Shown: positions 1 to 8,800 of the stretch, in pieces
How positions within the stretch are numbered: position 1 is the stretch's first letter
How the letters are laid out: every line of letters starts with the position of its first letter
Source of the DNA: Gammaproteobacteria bacterium
GTDB taxonomy: Bacteria; Pseudomonadota; Gammaproteobacteria; Pseudomonadales; PIVM01
Length of the DNA: 64,000 nucleotides
NCBI GenBank assembly: GCA_003353945.1
Contig: PIVM01000017.1
Span: forward strand, 430 to 64,429
Direction: 5' to 3'
The notes under the pieces: model-generated
Told to the model about the DNA's origin: nothing
Database searches by the model: none
The model's input: the letters and a program-made list of their open reading frames with translations, nothing else
Translations under genes and position numbers: made by a program

Positions 1-23
1 CTTAACAAAAAGAAGGTTTACCC

Positions 24-2681
24 ATGAAGTCTGAGACACGACATCTCTGTTTGGTTACTCATTCCGACCCCAATTCAGGTTTCCAACAAGCGTCCAATGA
101 CGCCGCTTTGGAAGACAATCCAAATCAATTGATGGAAAAAATTCTTCGCAAACTGGTGGCGACAGTTGGCACCAAAGTTGGGGAAGCGTTTTTTCATTCG
201 TTGGCCGAATTTCTTTCTTCTACTCTGGATATGAAATATGTCCTAATTGCTGAATTACATTACTCTTCTGGTGTCTTGGATGAAAAAGCGAAAACACGCG
301 TATTTCTTGATAATGACAAACAACTGGAGGAAATGGAATTTTCTATAGCTGGCACACTCTGCCGCGAAGTAGTTAGCTCAAATAGAATTTGTACATATGA
401 ATGTTCTGTTTCGAATTTGTATCCAGAGGAACCATTGCTTAGGGAAAGGGGGATAGAAAGTTATATCGGAGTACCGCTGAAGTGTTCAGGGCAAAAACCC
501 TGTGGTCTGCTTATATTGCTTGATACTCGACCGTTAAGGAATAAACAGGTGATAATGGACATTGTTAGCATGGTTGCGTTACGAGCAGCGGTGGAACTTG
601 AGCGCCAGCAAACCGAAAAAAAAATGCATATGCTGTCTCGAGCGGTAGAACAGAGTTCAGAATCAGTGTTGATTACTGACCCCGCAGGTAATATTGAATA
701 TGCTAATGCAACTTTTTTAGAGACATCGGGTTATACATTTGATGAAGTCCGAGGTATGAATCCTCGCATATTTCGTTCTGATAAGCTTCCCCAGTCATTT
801 TACAATCAAATGTGGTTTGAATTATTGAAGAATGAAGAATGGCATGGGGACATGGAGAATATAACAAAAAATGGCGATCGATATTGGGAGCATGTGTCGA
901 TTTATCCAATATTTAATGATGCGGGTGATGTAACAAATCTCGTTAAGATAAAAGAGGATATTACTGAGAAACATGAACGAGACGACAAATTATTGTTTGC
1001 AGGCACCTTGCTTGAAAATTCGGTTCAGGCTGTTTTTGTTACTGATAAAGATCATGTGATCCAATATGTAAATCCGGCGTTTTCCACGATAACCGGATAC
1101 TCATCAGAAGATATCATTGGTAATACTCCCAGAATGCTCAACTCCGGCATGCATGATCAGCCTTTTTTCAATAGCATGTACAAATCTCTGCAAGAATCGG
1201 GACAATGGAAGGGTGAAATAACAAACCGTAAAAAAACGGGTCAACTCTATGTTGAATGTCTTTCGATCTTTAAGTTGTACAATGATCAGGGTGAACAGCT
1301 TCACTATGCGATGTTCAGTGATATCACTGTTAACAAACGCAATGAAGAACTGATATATCAGCAGGCAAATTTTGATAGTTTAACAGGTTTGCCAAACAAA
1401 GCATTGTTTATGGACCGACTGGATGAGACGCTAAAGAGCGCTGTTCGCGAGGGTCTTGGTGTTGTTGTTTTGTTAATTAATTTTGATGGTTTTAAATGGG
1501 TTAACGATACATTTGGGCATAGTGTCGGTGATGAAATATTGAAACTGCTGTCTGCGAGAATTAGTTCTACTCTACGTAAATCAGATACAGTATCGCGTTT
1601 GGTTTCTGATGAGTTTACGGTAATTGTAAGAGATTTGATGTCTGTTCATCAGGCTGAAGCGGTTGCAAAAAGTTTGCTTGAGGAGATTAGTTTGCCCATT
1701 GATGTCAATGGACGAGATGTTTTTCTGACTGCAAGTCTCGGTATTTCTGCTTTTCCAGACGACGCGCATAATTCCCAGAATCTACTGAAAAATGCTGCAA
1801 ATGCCATGCACCAGGCAAAATTGGCTGGCAGAAATAAATACTGTTTTTATACGCCTGAGATGAATCGAGAGGCTCAGGCGCGCTGGAAACTTGAGAACGA
1901 ATTGCGTCGAGCCATTCATCAGAAGGAGTTTGAAGTTTATTATCAACCCATGATTGATTTTCAGAGCCGCCGCGTAGTTGCAGCTGAGGCGTTAATTCGA
2001 TGGCGGCACCCTGAGCGAGGCCTGGTCTGCCCTGGAGAGTTTATAGCATTGGCGGAAGAGACCAAGCTGATCATTCCTATTGGTTTATGGATGGTTCAAC
2101 AAGTGTGCGATCAGATTAGGTCATGGGGGGAAGAAGGCTTTGTTTTACCGCATATCAGTGTAAACCTTTCTCCAATCCAGTGTGTTGATTTGGCAGCCGC
2201 AAAGCAGATACTGGATGTTATTAAGGAATCAGCGATTAATCCAGAACGCTTGGTGCTTGAAATTACTGAGTCATTAATGATGGAAAGTAATGATGAAGTG
2301 ATGAAAATGTTAAATGCATACAAAGCATATGGTTTGCGTTTATCAGTAGATGATTTTGGTACAGGCTATTCTTCGTTGGGATATCTAAAACAATTTCCTG
2401 TCGATCTGCTCAAAATAGATCGCTCATTTGTCGCAGGTATACAAGAGAATAGTGATGATGAGGTGTTGGTAAAGGCTATTGTTGCGATGGCGAAGAGTCT
2501 CTATCTAAAAGTAGTTGCTGAAGGAGTTGAGTCGATCGAACAGCTGGAAATATTGAACATGCTAGGTTGTGATTATGCGCAGGGATATTTCTTTAGCAAA
2601 CCGATTACCGCTCAGCAACTTCGTGAATTTGTTTTAGAAAATAACTGCTTTTGGACGGATATTGGCGACTATCAAATATGA
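24..2681 (+). CDS. GAF-PAS-PAS-GGDEF-EAL signalling protein; degenerate GGDEF site and intact EAL site, so probably a c-di-GMP phosphodiesterase
   Basis: 885-aa ORF. It has two PAS-like blocks (VLITDPAGNIEYANATF..., VFVTDKDHVIQYVNPAF...). LVSDEFTVIV stands where GG[D/E]EF is expected (SDEF at nt 1605-1616). EAL-domain hallmarks are present: EALIRW, DDFGTGYSSL, KIDRSF, EGVE, QGYFFSKP. Confidence 0.9.
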   Translation: MKSETRHLCLVTHSDPNSGFQQASNDAALEDNPNQLMEKILRKLVATVGTKVGEAFFHSLAEFLSSTLDMKYVLIAELHYSSGVLDEKAKTRVFLDNDKQLEEMEFSIAGTLCREVVSSNRICTYECSVSNLYPEEPLLRERGIESYIGVPLKCSGQKPCGLLILLDTRPLRNKQVIMDIVSMVALRAAVELERQQTEKKMHMLSRAVEQSSESVLITDPAGNIEYANATFLETSGYTFDEVRGMNPRIFRSDKLPQSFYNQMWFELLKNEEWHGDMENITKNGDRYWEHVSIYPIFNDAGDVTNLVKIKEDITEKHERDDKLLFAGTLLENSVQAVFVTDKDHVIQYVNPAFSTITGYSSEDIIGNTPRMLNSGMHDQPFFNSMYKSLQESGQWKGEITNRKKTGQLYVECLSIFKLYNDQGEQLHYAMFSDITVNKRNEELIYQQANFDSLTGLPNKALFMDRLDETLKSAVREGLGVVVLLINFDGFKWVNDTFGHSVGDEILKLLSARISSTLRKSDTVSRLVSDEFTVIVRDLMSVHQAEAVAKSLLEEISLPIDVNGRDVFLTASLGISAFPDDAHNSQNLLKNAANAMHQAKLAGRNKYCFYTPEMNREAQARWKLENELRRAIHQKEFEVYYQPMIDFQSRRVVAAEALIRWRHPERGLVCPGEFIALAEETKLIIPIGLWMVQQVCDQIRSWGEEGFVLPHISVNLSPIQCVDLAAAKQILDVIKESAINPERLVLEITESLMMESNDEVMKMLNAYKAYGLRLSVDDFGTGYSSLGYLKQFPVDLLKIDRSFVAGIQENSDDEVLVKAIVAMAKSLYLKVVAEGVESIEQLEILNMLGCDYAQGYFFSKPITAQQLREFVLENNCFWTDIGDYQI

Positions 2682-2742
2682 TGGTTTTTTCTGTTAATCC
2701 AAGTTGATTAGTATGAGCAATTGTTTGATGTTAGCCATCGTA

Positions 2743-2775
2743 ACATCAACATCAACATCAACATCAACATCAACA
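2743..2775. repeat. Hexanucleotide microsatellite (ACATCA) x5.5
   Basis: Perfect tandem acatca units, read directly from the sequence. It lies between the 3' ends of two convergent genes. Confidence 0.95.
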
Positions 2776-2905
2776 ACGAGAATGGAGACAACTGATCCAT
2801 GTGCTGCGGCTGTTTGGTTAGCACGGTTTGACTATCACGTTGTAAAGGGGGAAAGAGCTGCTGAAAAAATAGATTTTCCAGCGGCCCTAAATCTTTTTTT
2901 TCGAT

Positions 2906-3295
2906 CTATTTGGTAAAAGATGAATCTTCAGCGATCACCGGGTAGAAATACCCCATACCAAAATCCTTGTCTAATTCAATGGTGCCCTGAGCAGTTACTT
3001 CATCACCCACTTTTGCTGTGGCTTTCTCTGAGCGAAAAACAATTTTTGCTTGTTCTCCTGAGCCGGTGCCATCTTCAATATGCACCCAGTTGTTTTTCAT
3101 TATACCTTCATTAACTTTGATTACCTTGCCTTTGACCACGACAACTTTTCCGTTTAATTTGGCTTTATTGGCATAAATCTCGGCAATGGTTTGAGTTTTA
3201 GCTGGTTCAGCACTACTTTGTGACACCAACCCCACTGTCATTGCCAGCATGGCAACAAACATGACCATCAATTTTGATACGTTTAATCTGTTCAT
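2906..3295 (-). CDS. Small secreted protein, possibly OB-fold (BOF/YgiW-like); function unknown
   Basis: 129 aa with a clear Sec signal peptide (KLMVMFVAMLAMTVGLVSQSSA/EP). The mature part is beta-rich and Lys/Val-rich (GKVVVVKGKVIKV...VGDEVTAQGTIELD). The fold assignment is inference only. Confidence 0.6.
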   Translation of the reverse strand: MNRLNVSKLMVMFVAMLAMTVGLVSQSSAEPAKTQTIAEIYANKAKLNGKVVVVKGKVIKVNEGIMKNNWVHIEDGTGSGEQAKIVFRSEKATAKVGDEVTAQGTIELDKDFGMGYFYPVIAEDSSFTK

Positions 3296-3631
3296 TAAAT
3301 TACCCTGGTTAATTGGTTTATTTACTGCAGCGCGAGATATTGCTTTCGCTAAGCCACCTTAATTACTAACGGATGCAAACATAACACTAATCCAGCTCTC
3401 GACCAAGTCTCCTGTGTTGTTACTAACAGTGTGGCGATAGGTATCTGAAAACCAAAGATACGTTATTTATCCACCTGGCAAAAACATGCTCACACGGAGC
3501 AATTGCGCACTTCCTAAATGGTTGTTATACCGCAAAAATCGTTTAATATACGAGCAATGCTCTTGGTAGCGGTAAACGTTGGCTCTCGCGAACGCAACGA
3601 AAGAGCTTAGTTGGAAATTTAGGACTGTGCC

Positions 3632-4516
3632 GTGACATACGCCAAAAATTGTCAAATAAATTACGCTATTTTAATCTTTATGTTCCTGCTGTTCCATGGA
3701 ATCATCACTTCCTGTAGTAACGGCGGCAGTTCAGATTCTGGGTATGCCAACACAGGCGAGGATCTTTCAAATGTAACATTCAGCCAATTTCAGTTGAATT
3801 ATCCAAATAGTTCCAGCGTTGAAATTTCCTTTGTTACCAGCAGAGAAACCAGCTGCGAGATCATCTATGGGCCCAGTGAAAATCAACTATCTGATTCTGC
3901 TACAGATTCCACGATGATGGCTGGTGAATTGAGAGCTGAGCATACCGTTTTGGTTGACGAATTACTGCCAACAACCACCTATTATTACAAAGCCCGCGCG
4001 ATTGATGCGACAGAAAATATCTATTTCTCAGAGTTGAGAGAATTTACGACACAAGACAAAACCAGTAATAGCAGTACGCTGCGAAATATCGCACTCCTAT
4101 CCTATGGCACTATCGTTTCCGATGTGAGTAGTAATTATGGCGGAGTGAATAATGCTGATATGTGGGGAGCTAACGCAGCTATCGATGGCTTGCTTTCAAC
4201 TGAGTGGTCAAGTAACGCAGATGGTGATAATGCCGCATTAACACTTGACTTGGGGCGGGAGCGTCAGTTAGTGGGTTTTGGTATTCGCAGTCGCAAGATG
4301 ACAGATGGGTCATCAATTATTCAGAGTGTTCAATTGATTTTTAATGATAGCCACTCAGAAGGACCTTTTGTCTTACCCGACCCGGATCAACTGTATCAGT
4401 TTAATTTTGTAACACCAATCAGTGCTCAAATCGTTAAGGTGGAGGCTGTTAGTACAACCGGCGGAAATACTGGCCTGAAAGAATTCCAACTACTGGCAAC
4501 AACGACTGACCAATAA
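3632..4516 (+). CDS. Lipoprotein with an FN3-like N-terminal domain and a discoidin (F5/8 type C)-like C-terminal domain
   Basis: GTG start. The signal peptide ends in the lipobox ITSC. An FN3-like stretch follows (VEISFVTSRETSCEIIYGPS...TTYYYKARAID). A discoidin-like stretch comes next (AIDGLLSTEWSSN...ALTLDLGRERQLVGFGIRSR). Confidence 0.7.
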   Translation: MTYAKNCQINYAILIFMFLLFHGIITSCSNGGSSDSGYANTGEDLSNVTFSQFQLNYPNSSSVEISFVTSRETSCEIIYGPSENQLSDSATDSTMMAGELRAEHTVLVDELLPTTTYYYKARAIDATENIYFSELREFTTQDKTSNSSTLRNIALLSYGTIVSDVSSNYGGVNNADMWGANAAIDGLLSTEWSSNADGDNAALTLDLGRERQLVGFGIRSRKMTDGSSIIQSVQLIFNDSHSEGPFVLPDPDQLYQFNFVTPISAQIVKVEAVSTTGGNTGLKEFQLLATTTDQ

Positions 4517-4590
4517 ATTTCATGATGTTGAAAATTCACCAGTATATTGTGTTACTGCTAAACCGATTCAAGCCGAGTTGATAGGACAAC

Positions 4591-5136
4591 TTACCACATC
4601 AGGTCATCTGGAATTTGGTAGTCGGCGTACGGATCATCTTCATCAATATTCTGCTGCCTAGTTTGATTTAAAAATACGACTACCGACTCATCACGTTCCT
4701 GGATTTTTTTGGCGATAATGGTGGGGACCAGTTCATAGCCGTTGGCCAAATTAACAATCGCTATCTGACCTCGTGCCAATTGCTCCTGCTGGGATTCTGT
4801 CACAAAGATTTTTTTAATTTTCTTCTGATCAGAGAACTGGTAACCGATCTCTCCATTCTGCCGATCAATCCGATTAACATCAATAAGTTGCTTGATCTGA
4901 GCCTGAATGGCTTTATGCTCTGCTATTTGCTGGCGCTGTAAATTTCCTTTACGGTCGCTCTCGGTTTTTTCAGCCAAGGCCTGCTGAGCACGGCGCTTGC
5001 TTTCATCTATGTTCATTTGTCCTTTGGGTTGCTGTTTAGCCTGCTTGCGTTTTTCCTGCTTGACCTGTTTGGCTTTTTTCTTATCAACCAGACCTGATTT
5101 TAACAGCTGGTCCTGTAGTGATTTGGCCATCATCAT
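4591..5136 (-). CDS. DUF2058 (YaiL-like) family protein
   Basis: N-terminus AKSLQDQLLKSGLVDKKKAKQVKQEKRKQ is followed by a Lys/Gln-rich charged region, and the C-terminus is acidic. This is typical of the YaiL/DUF2058 family as I remember it. Which of the three initial Met codons is used is uncertain. Confidence 0.7.
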   Translation of the reverse strand: MMMAKSLQDQLLKSGLVDKKKAKQVKQEKRKQAKQQPKGQMNIDESKRRAQQALAEKTESDRKGNLQRQQIAEHKAIQAQIKQLIDVNRIDRQNGEIGYQFSDQKKIKKIFVTESQQEQLARGQIAIVNLANGYELVPTIIAKKIQERDESVVVFLNQTRQQNIDEDDPYADYQIPDDLMW

Positions 5137-5402
5137 TATCCAATAATATGTAACTGGATGCCTATTATCACTATTCAGCGATGACGAGCAAGTTGCAGCG
5201 CGCTGGATGGTGATATTTAATGTCCGATCCCGGCAGTATGGTATTTTGCCTGTGTACTAGCGACTGGTAGTTAAAAAAATGTACGAAACCCTACGCCGTC
5301 GAGATTCCGTGGAAAGCCGATGGTTGTCCAGGTCGTGTGTTATCAAGCGAGCCTTTGTTGAGACCTGCTTGGGGCCGCGGAAAAGTACATTTTTATCTTC
5401 AA

Positions 5403-5594
5403 TCAGGCATTTTCTCTGATTGCATCTACTCCCAGACGGCCTTCTTCGTTGACATGAACATGAAGTTCAATCGGACTGCAGCACGCTTGGCAATCCTCAA
5501 AATATTCTTGATCATTATCAAAGCAGTCCACAACAACTTTTTGGGGCTCACTGCAGTATGGGCATGTAACGGATACTGTTTCTTCAGCATGCAT
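5403..5594 (-). CDS. CPXCG-motif cysteine-rich small protein
   Basis: 63 aa with CPYCS...CQACCSP (two Cys pairs), matching the CPXCG zinc-ribbon-like family pattern. I prefer it over the low-complexity 107-aa ORF on the opposite strand. Confidence 0.65.
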   Translation of the reverse strand: MHAEETVSVTCPYCSEPQKVVVDCFDNDQEYFEDCQACCSPIELHVHVNEEGRLGVDAIRENA

Positions 5595-5834
5595 GACGTC
5601 AATATCTCCAGCAGATTGGTCTTATCACCTTCAATATCCTATAACGGGTTATGGCAATGACTTGCCAGTATGGTAATGGCAGTCATTTAATATAATTCTA
5701 GTCCTAATAACGCCATTGATTGACGTCTTAAATCAATTTTTTATGCATAAAAAACTAGCACTACTTTGCGGCAAAGCAATTATAATCCAGTTAGTATTCA
5801 TGCTTCGGTACATACGCATAAAAACAGGAGAAAA

Positions 5835-6485
5835 TTGACTTTGGTAGATTTAAGTGCTATCCGCCGCCAATATACGCAAGGCGGGCTGCGTTCAAAGGAT
5901 TTAACTCAAAATCCGCTGGACTTATTCGAGCGGTGGATGGGACAGGCACGAGATGCGAATCTCAGTGATCCGACCGCCATGGTACTGGCTACGGTTGATC
6001 CTGAGGGTCAGCCGTTTCAACGCATTGTCTTGCTAAAACACTTCAACAAGGATGGATTTGTGTTTTATACCAATTTGGGTAGTCGCAAAGCACAACATAT
6101 CGCAAACAATGCCAAAGTAAGCCTGTTATTTCCCTGGCACCCACTTGATCGGCAAATTGATATCGTTGGTACAGCAGTGCGCCTGAGTCAAAAGGATGTC
6201 CTGAAATATTTTTTGACTCGCCCCAAAGAGAGTCAGATTAGTGCCTGGGCTTCAAAACAATCCAGCAGAATCTCCGGCCGCCAACTGTTAGAGGCAAAAT
6301 ATTTTGAATTGAGAAAGAAATTTTCTGAGGGTGAAGTTCCACTACCCAGCTTTTGGGGAGGTTATCGGGTGTATCCGGAATCGTATGAATTCTGGCAGGG
6401 TGGTGATAACCGGCTTCACGACCGTTTCTTATACGCTCGCGATAAAGACATCGATTCGTGGCAAGTAGAGCGACTTGCGCCATAA
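5835..6485 (+). CDS. pdxH: Pyridoxamine 5'-phosphate oxidase
   Basis: PNPOx motifs are present: [35 protein letters not shown] chose the in-frame TTG at 5835 because AGGAG lies at 5826-5830. The ORF track extends the frame upstream to 5766. Confidence 0.9.
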   Translation: MTLVDLSAIRRQYTQGGLRSKDLTQNPLDLFERWMGQARDANLSDPTAMVLATVDPEGQPFQRIVLLKHFNKDGFVFYTNLGSRKAQHIANNAKVSLLFPWHPLDRQIDIVGTAVRLSQKDVLKYFLTRPKESQISAWASKQSSRISGRQLLEAKYFELRKKFSEGEVPLPSFWGGYRVYPESYEFWQGGDNRLHDRFLYARDKDIDSWQVERLAP

Positions 6486-6566
6486 AAATTTGAAGAACGA
6501 GATAGATAATTTACATTTTTTCCAGTGGACCACCTTAGGGCTTTTAACCTCAACTTTTCGCGACCT

Positions 6567-6815
6567 TTAAGGTAGTATGGCCTCTTCTGCTGTTTTTTTT
6601 ACGAGGCCTTTTTCTTTTACTGCCCTGTAGTAGATGCAGCCGGAAAGAGAGCATGCATCCTCCTTCTTCTTTCCTTTGAGTTTTTCCCTCACAAGCTGGA
6701 TGCCTCGATGATTGCACAGTGTCTCTTCGATCTCCCAGCAGCGTCCTTCCTTTTTTCGATCGTACATTATGCAGTCTGTCTTTTTGCATCCTAAGTACTG
6801 ATAGCATGGTTCCAT
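6567..6815 (-). CDS. Small cysteine-rich protein, two-CW-domain-like
   Basis: Sequence MEPCYQYLGCKKTDC...GRCWEIEETLCNH...ACSLSGCIYY. Its Cys/aromatic spacing resembles the two-CW domain pattern (C-W-x4-C, then R-x-C-W-x4-T-x-C, then C-x3-C-x-Y). The ORF is open up to 6908; I prefer Met-32 (6815) as the start. Confidence 0.45.
   Translation of the reverse strand: MEPCYQYLGCKKTDCIMYDRKKEGRCWEIEETLCNHRGIQLVREKLKGKKKEDACSLSGCIYYRAVKEKGLVKKTAEEAILP
6579..6618 (+). terminator. Possible rho-independent terminator downstream of pdxH
   Basis: Stem GGCCTC (6579-6584) pairs with GAGGCC (6603-6608) and is followed by TTTTTCTTTT. The 18-nt loop is long. The hairpin overlaps the 3' end of the convergent Cys-rich ORF. 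Confidence 0.35.
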
Positions 6816-7066
6816 GGTTTTATCTCTTGATCTTGGCAGCATGATAAACAAGAGTTCGTGCGTTGATATCAAGTCTTTATATTGCCATATTACTCGATAT
6901 TCCGTCATACGGAAAAAAAGTCATAGGGAAAATACGAAATGGTAATGTGCTTGATGGCACGGATGTACCAACCCTGACTTTCAAAGTGACACCTTTGTGA
7001 CAAATGCGGTCAAGGATGGTCGCTCAATATAAGAAGAGCCTGTAGATTATTTTCAGCGTGTTGAAA

Positions 7067-7816
7067 CTATGGCCTCAAATTGTGTTTCATATCACCCCAC
7101 TGATACTGAATAATGGAAATTGCTGCTAGGGGTGCGGTTTCGGTTCTGAGAATGCGTGGCCCGAGTGTTAGAGCTTGAAATCCATGCTGCATAGCCAAAT
7201 TCACCTCCTGATTGCTCAATCCACCTTCTGGTCCGATCAACAGCAGTGCATTCTGAGGTGCAGGTTTATCGGGCAACTGATTATCTAGGTATTGTGTAGG
7301 GTTAAGCACAAGTTTGATATCAGCGTGAGATTGGGAAATCCAATCTTCCAGTTGTCGGGGTGTATTGAGTTGTGGCAACTGGCTGCGGCCGGACTGTTCG
7401 CAGGCGCTGATCGTTATTTGTTGCCAGTGTTGTCGTTTTTTTTCCAGTCGATCACCTTTTAATTTGAAAGCAGTCCGCTTGCTAAGCAAGGGGGTTATCT
7501 CATTGACGCCAAGTTCGGTGCTTTTCTGTAGCACCCAATCTAGACGGTCTCCTTTTGAAATGCCTATTCCAAGATGAATATGCAGTGGTGATTCAGCAAT
7601 TGTTTGTTGTGGCCGAACAAGTGTCAGCACAGTACGTTTTTTATTGGCAGTCGTGATTTTGGCCAGATAGTCTCTACCGGATCCATCAAATACGATAAGC
7701 TGGCTATCTTTTTCCAGGCGTAGAACATTCACCAGATAGTGACTGCTTGCAGTGTTTAGAATGACTTGCTGATTCTCGGAGAGTGCCTGGCTAACAAAAA
7801 GTCTATTAATGCGCAT
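7067..7816 (-). CDS. rsmE: 16S rRNA (uracil1498-N3)-methyltransferase
   Basis: 249 aa. N-terminus MRINRLFV..., an ...IGISKGDRLDWVLQKSTELGV block, and LIGPEGGLS near the C-terminus are all typical of RsmE. Confidence 0.85.
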   Translation of the reverse strand: MRINRLFVSQALSENQQVILNTASSHYLVNVLRLEKDSQLIVFDGSGRDYLAKITTANKKRTVLTLVRPQQTIAESPLHIHLGIGISKGDRLDWVLQKSTELGVNEITPLLSKRTAFKLKGDRLEKKRQHWQQITISACEQSGRSQLPQLNTPRQLEDWISQSHADIKLVLNPTQYLDNQLPDKPAPQNALLLIGPEGGLSNQEVNLAMQHGFQALTLGPRILRTETAPLAAISIIQYQWGDMKHNLRP

Positions 7817-7829
7817 CTCGGCGATACAT

Positions 7830-8678
7830 CTAACGAATATTCTGCAAAATATTTGCTGAAGGTTCGTACTGGTTCATAGTGTAGAAGTGTATGCCAGGTG
7901 CGCCGCCAGCGAGCAGGGTATGGCATAGCCTGGTGACAACCTCTTCTCCAAATTTGATTGCACTTTCCTGGTCATCGCCAAAGGCATCTATACGCTGACA
8001 TAACCAGCGAGGGATATCGGCGCCACAATTGGCGGAGAATCTTTTCAGGTTAGTGAAATTGGTAATTGGCATAATACCGGGGATAATCGGTTTATCGATC
8101 CCCGCTTTTTGGCAGTCTTCAAGATAATAAAAATAGGCATCCGCATTGTAAAAATATTGCGTAATTGCGCTGTCAGCGCCAGCATCGAGTTTACGTTTTA
8201 AGAACTCAATATCCGTCAGATAGTTTGTTGACTCAGGATGAATCTCTGGGTAGGCAGCAACCTCAAGGTGAAAATGTTCTCCGAAATGTTGTCGTATAAA
8301 CTGCACCAATTCATTGGCGTAGATCATATCCCGCGGGCCATGGCCTGAAGGCGTATCACCGCGTAATGCTACAATCCGATCAACCCCCATTTGCTTGTAC
8401 TCATTGAGCAAGTCAAGCATGGATTCTTCGGAGTCATCGCCAAAAGATAAATGTGGCGCGACCGACAAATTTTCTTGTCGCATCGTGCGAACAATATCGC
8501 GCGTATGTTCTTTTGTCGATCCGCCAGCACCATAGGTTACCGAAAAAAAAGTCGGTTCTAACAAGTTAAGTCGTTGGCGAATGATTTTGAGTTTTTCTCT
8601 TCCTTCCTGAGTTTTTGGGGGGAAAAATTCAAAACTGTAGTGTCTGTTATTGTTGCTGGTTGACATGGGGTTATGCAA
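7830..8678 (-). CDS. metF: 5,10-methylenetetrahydrofolate reductase
   Basis: 282 aa with FSFEFFPPKT, FFSVTYGAGGST, VAPHLS and ALRGD motifs. Confidence 0.92.
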   Translation of the reverse strand: MHNPMSTSNNNRHYSFEFFPPKTQEGREKLKIIRQRLNLLEPTFFSVTYGAGGSTKEHTRDIVRTMRQENLSVAPHLSFGDDSEESMLDLLNEYKQMGVDRIVALRGDTPSGHGPRDMIYANELVQFIRQHFGEHFHLEVAAYPEIHPESTNYLTDIEFLKRKLDAGADSAITQYFYNADAYFYYLEDCQKAGIDKPIIPGIMPITNFTNLKRFSANCGADIPRWLCQRIDAFGDDQESAIKFGEEVVTRLCHTLLAGGAPGIHFYTMNQYEPSANILQNIR

Positions 8679-8738
8679 GCCTGAAATGCTAATGATAAAT
8701 CGTCACAGTATAGTGCAGCCGATCAAAAAAATGCAGCC

Positions 8739-8768
8739 GATCAAAGCCGATGCCATTCGGCTTTGATC
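8739..8768 (-). terminator. Perfect 12-bp hairpin between ahcY and metF (partial terminator or attenuator candidate)
   Basis: gatcaaagccga (8739-8750) pairs with tcggctttgatc (8757-8768) around a 6-nt loop. On the coding (minus) strand a T7 run (8725-8731) follows after 7 nt. Confidence 0.45.
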
Positions 8769-8800
8769 AACCACACCCTGATTTTCAATAAACAGACAAT

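Noticed and set aside
2704-2916. 70-aa plus-strand ORF containing an STSTSTSTST run
   Set aside because: The repetitive peptide is simply the translation of the (ACATCA)n microsatellite. There is no ribosome-binding site, and the ORF lies between two convergent gene ends and overlaps the 3' end of the 2906-3295 gene.
5337-5660. 107-aa plus-strand ORF
   Set aside because: It is antisense to the 63-aa CPXCG-motif gene, which has a recognisable conserved Cys pattern. The plus-strand product has no recognisable features and an alternative start codon.
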